Origin: the human T2T-CHM13v2.0 reference genome, Homo sapiens | Assembly (NCBI RefSeq): GCF_009914755.1 | Contig: NC_060929.1 | Reading direction: 5' to 3' (one strand) | DNA: 64,000 bases | Made by a program: the position numbers and the translations under genes | In this document: piece after piece, positions 58,271 through 64,000 of the stretch | How positions within the stretch are numbered: the first letter of the stretch is position 1 | How the letters are laid out: the number at the start of each line of letters is the position of its first letter | The notes under the pieces: model-generated | The model's database searches: none | The model's input: the letters and a program-made list of their open reading frames with translations, nothing else | What the model was told of the DNA's origin: nothing

Positions 58271-59254
58271 TCAGTTGTTCCTTTCCATGTTTAGTGCTTC
58301 CTTCAGGAGCTCTTTTAGGGCAGGCCTGGTGGAGACAAAATCTCTCAGCATTTGCTTGTCTGTAAAGGATTTTATTTCTCCTTCACTTATGAAGCTTAGT
58401 TTGGCTGGATATGAAATTCTGGGTTGAAAATTCTTTTCTTTAAGAATGTTAAATATTGGCCCCCACTCCTTTCTGGCTTGTAGAGTTTCTGCTGAGACAT
58501 CTGCTGCTAGTCTGATGGGCTTCCCTTTGTGGGTAACCCGACCTTTCTCTCTGGCTGCCCTTAACATTTTTTCCTTCATTTCAACTTTGGTGAATCTGAC
58601 AATTATGTTTCTTGGAGTTGCTCTACTCGAGGAGTATCTTTGTGGCGTTCTCTGTAATTCCTGAATTTGAATGTTGGCCTGCCCTGCTAGGTTAGGGAAG
58701 TTCTCCTGGATAATATCCTGCAGAGTGTTTTCCAACTTGGTTCCATTCTCCCCGTCACTTTCAGATACGCCAATCAGACGTAGATTTGGTCTTTTCACAT
58801 AGTCCCATATTTCTTGGAGGCTTTGTTTGTTTCTTTTTATTCTTTTTTCTCTAAACTTCTCTTCTCGCTTCATTTCATTCATTTGATCTTCAATCACTGA
58901 TACCTTTTCTTCCAGTTGATCAAATCGGCTACTGAAGCTTGTGCATTCATCATGTAGTTCTCGTGCCATGATTTTCAGCTCCATCAGGTCATTTAAGGAC
59001 TTCTCTACACTGGTTACTCTAGTTAGCCTCTCGTCTAATCTTTTTTCAAGGTTTTTAGCTTCTTTGTGATGGGTTTGAAGTTCCTCTTTTAGCTTGGAGA
59101 AGTTTGATCTTCTGAAGCCTTCTTCTCTCAACTCGTCAAACTCATTCTCCATCCAGCTTTGTTCCGTTGCTGGTGAAGAGCTACGTTCCTTTGGAGGGGG
59201 AGAAGCACTCTGATTTTTAGAATTTTCAGCTTTTCTGCTCTGTTTTTTCCCCAT
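58271..59254 (-). CDS. L1 ORF1p, 327 of 338 aa (premature stop 11 codons before the natural end)
   Basis: ATG at 59254 (MGKKQSRK); REKG and YPAKLS retained, ARR reads ARK; TGA after ERNN; natural TAA at 58238-58240. Confidence 0.88.
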   Translation of the reverse strand: MGKKQSRKAENSKNQSASPPPKERSSSPATEQSWMENEFDELREEGFRRSNFSKLKEELQTHHKEAKNLEKRLDERLTRVTSVEKSLNDLMELKIMARELHDECTSFSSRFDQLEEKVSVIEDQMNEMKREEKFREKRIKRNKQSLQEIWDYVKRPNLRLIGVSESDGENGTKLENTLQDIIQENFPNLAGQANIQIQELQRTPQRYSSSRATPRNIIVRFTKVEMKEKMLRAAREKGRVTHKGKPIRLAADVSAETLQARKEWGPIFNILKEKNFQPRISYPAKLSFISEGEIKSFTDKQMLRDFVSTRPALKELLKEALNMERNN

Positions 59255-60269
59255 CTTTGTGGTTTTATCTACCTTTGGTCTTTGATGATGGTGACGTACA
59301 GATTGTCCTTTCTGTTTGTTAGTTTTCCTTCTAACAGTCAGGACCCTCAGCTGCAGGTCTGTTGGAGTTTCCTGGAGATCCACTCCGGACCCTGTTTGCC
59401 TGGGTATCAGCAGCAGAGGCTACAGAACAGCGAATATTACTGAACAGCAAATGTTGCTGCCTGATCCTTCCTCTGGAAGTTTCATCTCAGAGGGGTACCC
59501 AGCCGTGTGAGGTGTCAGTCTGCCCCTACTGGGGGGTGCCTCCCAGTTAGGCTACTCGGGGGTCAGGGACCCACTTGAGGAGGCAGTCTGTCCGTTCTCA
59601 GATCTCAAACTCCATGCTGGGAGAACCACTACTCTCTTCAAAGCTGTCAGACAGGGACACTTAAGTCTGCAGAGGTTTCTGCTGCCTTTTGTTTGGCTAT
59701 GCCCTACCCCCAGAGGTGGAGTCTACAGAGACAGGCAGGCCTCCTTGAGCTGTGGTGGGCTCCACCCTGTTCAAGCTTCCCGGCCACTTTGTTTACCTAC
59801 TCAAGCCTCAGCAATGGCGGGCACCCCCCCACCCCCAGCCTTGCTGCTGCCTTGCAGTTCGATCTCAGACTGCTGTGCTAGCAATGAGTGAGGCTCCGTT
59901 GGCGTGGGACCCTCTGAGCCAGGCATGGGATATAATCTCCTGGTGTGCCGTTTGCTAAGACCATTGGAAAAGTGCGGTATTAGGGTGGGAGTGACCTGAT
60001 TTTCCAGGTGCTGTCTGTCACAGCTTTGCTTGGATAGGAAAGGGAATTCCCTGACCCCTTGTGCTTCCTGGGTGAGGTGATGCCTCACCCTGCTTCGGCT
60101 CACTCTTGGTGTGCTGCACCCACTGTCCTGCACCCACTGTCTGACAAGCCCTAGTGAGATGAACCCTGTATCTCAGTTGGAAATGCAGAAATCACCCGTC
60201 TTCTGCATCTCTCATGCTGGGAGCTATAGACTGGAGCTGTTCTTATTCAGCCATCTTGGAACTGCCCCC
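59255..60269 (-). promoter_or_regulatory. L1 5'UTR: internal sense promoter, antisense promoter, YY1 site
   Basis: CAAGATGGC YY1 core at the 5' end; retains the ~129-bp segment (~59368-59496) absent from L1PA2/L1HS; many CpGs decayed. Confidence 0.85.
59814..59891 (+). pseudogene. L1 ORF0 remnant (25 aa, premature stop)
   Basis: Translates MAGTPPPPALLLPCSSISDCCASNE*, matching the ORF0 N-terminus MAGAPPPASLPPCSLISDCCASN. Confidence 0.8.
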
Positions 60270-60730
60270 AGGAAGAATAAATTCTAAAGGTAGTGAGTAA
60301 GAAGGAATGAGTCCCAGGTTCTGCATCCACACAGATATCCCCACTGCTAACATCCATTCTCTGACATCCAAGTAAATGTCAATGACAGCACATTATTCAT
60401 AACCATCATTCTTATTAATTTACATTGACCAAGATAACACAGGTATCCAAAAAAGATTGAAAAATAATCAATTCCAGAGCTTAGGCAATAAAGCAAGTTT
60501 TAAAATCACATTGCTTTTTGGAAATGATCATATTCATACTATATAATGATCTGCACTCTATAGTACTTTACAGCATTTGGGCATCTGTGTATATCCAAGG
60601 TTTAGAGTCTGGCTCTGGGAAAAGCCCCTTCAGCACAGTTATATACACTGTAGGCAGAGAATGTGAGGGTTGATCAGTGTCCTGCATACAACACCCTGAA
60701 ATAAACCAGGGCACAAAAGAAATAGATCCT

Positions 60731-61045
60731 GGCCCAGAATGGTGCCTCACATCTATAATCCAAGCACTTTGGGAGATCAAGGCAGGTGGATCACTTGAGC
60801 CCAGGAGTTCCAGAACAGCCTGGGCAACATGGAGAAACCCTGTCTCTACAAAAAATATACACACAAAAAATTAGTTGGTTGTGGTGGTGTACACCTGTAG
60901 TCCTAGCTACTGGGGAGGCTGAAATGGGAGGATCGCCGAAGCTCAGGAGGTCAATGCTGCAGTGAGCCGTGATTGCGCCACTGCACTCCAGTCTGAGTGA
61001 AAGAGTGAGACCTTATCTCAAAAAAATAAATAAAAAGAAAGAAAG
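60731..61045 (+). mobile_element. Alu SINE (AluJ-type)
   Basis: ggatcacttgagcccaggagttc; TSD aaagaaatagatcc (60716-60729 and 61046-61059). Confidence 0.94.
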
Positions 61046-62132
61046 AAAGAAATAGATCCCTCACAGCAGTCCTGAGTTTGACTATAGCAGTTATCTCTCC
61101 TCTGCCTGAGTATAGACTCAGCCCAGAGACCAGTGGGGATGAGGAGGATGGGGACCGTCTAGGAATCAGTATCTCATAGAACCCAGCTTTTGACCCTCAC
61201 CTCAACCCAACCATAATGGATAGAAATATGTATCATTATTCTTTGTCAGTATTAAGAAGATCATAGGCAGTCCTGACAAAGTGCTTTTCAGCTCAAACCA
61301 CCAGCGTTATTTTTCCTATTCTGTAAATCATTAAGTACCTGATCTATAGAATTTTTAAACTCTTGCAAGAGACTCTTGCACGGCAGCTTCAAGAATATGC
61401 CACAGTTCAATCAGAAAGCCGTTTTTAATATTAGGATGTATTTTTCCACAGACAATTTGACTCCCAGTGGTGGAATGTGGGGGTGGAGGAGTGAGGAGGA
61501 GTAATTCCTAAAACATCTTGACTCTGGTTTTGCCGGAGAGTTTGTATAAAATATGATTATCAAGATACTGATTGCACAGAGCCAACATTACAGATGCACA
61601 TCTTTTTACTCCATCTCTTTACTCTCTTTTCCCTTTTTCCAAATGAAATTTTACACAAGTAAAGGAAGATCATTTTTGTTAACTCAAGAAATGTAAGGAT
61701 ATTTCTGATTTGTAGCCTCTAATTTCTGTAATTAAAATTATATATTGCTCAGATTAAATTTGAATAGAAAGGCAATCAACTGTATAGCCAAGGATATTTC
61801 TTTTTTAAAATGTATTTCTCTCCTGCATTAGAACTGGCATGATTCTTCTGGTCTTCACCAAGCAAAACAATTGTTTTTTAAAAGGAGAATAATTCAGTCT
61901 ACTCATTCATTTAAAGCAAGAAATTTTGAAGAGGATGAAATGAGAATTCCACAACTCCTTACTTAAAACCATAATTGGAAAATCCCCATAAGATTGTCCT
62001 CTGGGTTCACACCTAGGGATCAAATTTCAGGTAAAGCTGTGTTTTAACAAGATTCACCCAATTCTTCCAATAATAAACCACATTGGACAGGTTCCAAGAC
62101 AAAAATGCCATGTATTGTATTATGCATAATAG

Positions 62133-62512
<380 letters not shown>

Positions 62513-62738
62513 TTATTCTGTTTCTTAACATGTGAACCTGACTGGCATGCTTACATCAATTGCTCTTTTTTCTTGCTTTGTTGTGGCTGTGTTTTAATGA
62601 AAACTCTTCATCCTGAAAGACATCCAGCTCCATGCCAGATCAATGGAATCTGCAGGTTTTCTTTCTGGAATATAAAACAAGAGCTTGGATTCAACTGGCC
62701 AAGAAATATATTTGCTAATGAGGCTTTCCTCAAAGGTC

Positions 62739-63095
62739 ACTCATTCATTCAGCAAGTATTTACTGAGCACCTCTTAGGCTCCAGGCATTGTGCATGTCTG
62801 TGAATATAAAAGTGAATGAAGCAGACATATGGCCCCTGACTGTGTGGTGGCTGAAATGCAATGGGGAAGACTGAAACAAGCAAACATCTAATTATACATT
62901 GTATTACATTGAGGGAGGAAAAAACAGAATACTGTGATAGAGAATAATGCAGTGCAGAGCACTGCTACTTAGAACAGTTGAGGAAAGCCTCGTGGAAGTC
63001 TTTTAAGCCAAGTCCTAATTGATAAGGGAGACCCAACCACTGAAAGAGAGGAGGGGAGTATGTCAGTAGAATAGCAGATGTGAGGGTCTGGCAAA
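62739..63095 (-). mobile_element. L2 3' end
   Basis: actcattcattcagcaagtatttactgagcacct...ccaggcattgtgc...aagtgaatgaagcagaca. Confidence 0.85.
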
Positions 63096-63257
63096 GGGCG
63101 TAGACAATCGATGCTCACCATCTTTGCCCACCTACCTGCTGGCCAGCTTCACAGGGCAAGTCCAGTTCATTTCCCCTAAGAAGCCTTCCTGCCCATCCAC
63201 GCGTGGTCCTCTCTTCCACAACCTCCTCCAGCATTTCAATTGTTCCCCATGACTTAC

Positions 63258-63494
63258 CACTGAGCCATATGCTGGGTTGTATTGTCCTCAGATGGTTCCT
63301 GTGGTTAAACCTGTCTCTTTCACAAGTTTTGCAAACCCACTGAAGACAGAGGGCATGTGCCCCTTTTGCACCCCATGCCATGTCTGCTGCAGCACTGGAG
63401 CGGAACTGACGCGGGAGGCATTGAAATGAACTGAAGATGGAAGGCCTAGCGGGGCAGGTGAACGGCTGTGGCTAAGCCTCTTTTCTATCTGCAT
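63258..63494 (-). other. Candidate non-coding exon
   Basis: Acceptor atttgcattttgtctaatgtgagcAG before 63494; donor GTG|GTAAGT after 63258; alternative donor ATG|GTGAGC after 63119. Confidence 0.3.
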
Positions 63495-64000
63495 CTGCTC
63501 ACATTAGACAAAATGCAAATAAATAGGCCCCATCTCTCTCTGTTCTTAGCATTTATATGACACCTTTCAGCACAGAGAAACGAGTAAGTGTAACCAGAAG
63601 CGGTTGTTCCATGTGCTCATCCCCAGCTCGGCTGTGGCCAGGCATCTGGTCCCCACCTGCCCCCATACCACTCCTTCCCAGAGGGGCAGCTGTGGACCCC
63701 ACCACTTCACTTTCAGCAGAGCCTTTCCCATGGAGCCGCACACTGTTGAAAGAACGCATTGTCTGTGCTAAAGGGAGAACGCAGGTAGCACATTGCAAAT
63801 CTGAGCTGTTACGTGATAGATGAGCAATGAAAAGCGTCCTGACATCATTAAGGTGTTCCAGAACATGCTGTCTGCTCCAGCCTCACCTGCATGCAACCGC
63901 ATGAAGACAGAATTGCCTGCATGATGACCAAAGCCTGGCTTTGGAGTCAGCAAATTGGGTCATTCCAACCCCACGAGGTTTTTCTAGATTCTGCCAGTTG

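Overview
This is primate (human-like) genomic DNA, intergenic or deep intronic, and I cannot name the locus. No cellular protein-coding gene can be supported; nearly all ORFs in the supplied track are chance ORFs or read through Alu, LTR or L1 sequence. The window is dominated by transposable elements: 9 Alus (AluJ to a young AluYa-type), a processed 7SL RNA pseudogene, many solo LTRs (MLT1B/C/J/K, MSTA/THE1D, MSTC, MLT2A1, MER4E, MER31, MER39, MER57, MER74, LTR16), MIR/L2/L1M relics, two hAT elements and one full-length minus-strand L1PA5-like LINE-1 (53752-60269, 16-bp TSD). The most notable observations are: (1) the L1 has two tandem 3' ends from different subfamilies and looks like a young-into-old chimera resolved by homology; (2) a minus-strand exon-like ORF at ~32.2-32.5 kb carries three independent tandem duplications that all preserve frame, plus an RSKR furin-type motif; (3) a MEF2/E-box cluster at 45.5-46.8 kb; (4) a recursive-splice-like AG|GTGAGT site next to a G-quadruplex. 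Subfamily names come from recalled consensus sequences, not a search, and boundaries of old elements are approximate. I found no convincing wholly new biological system; the findings are hypotheses.
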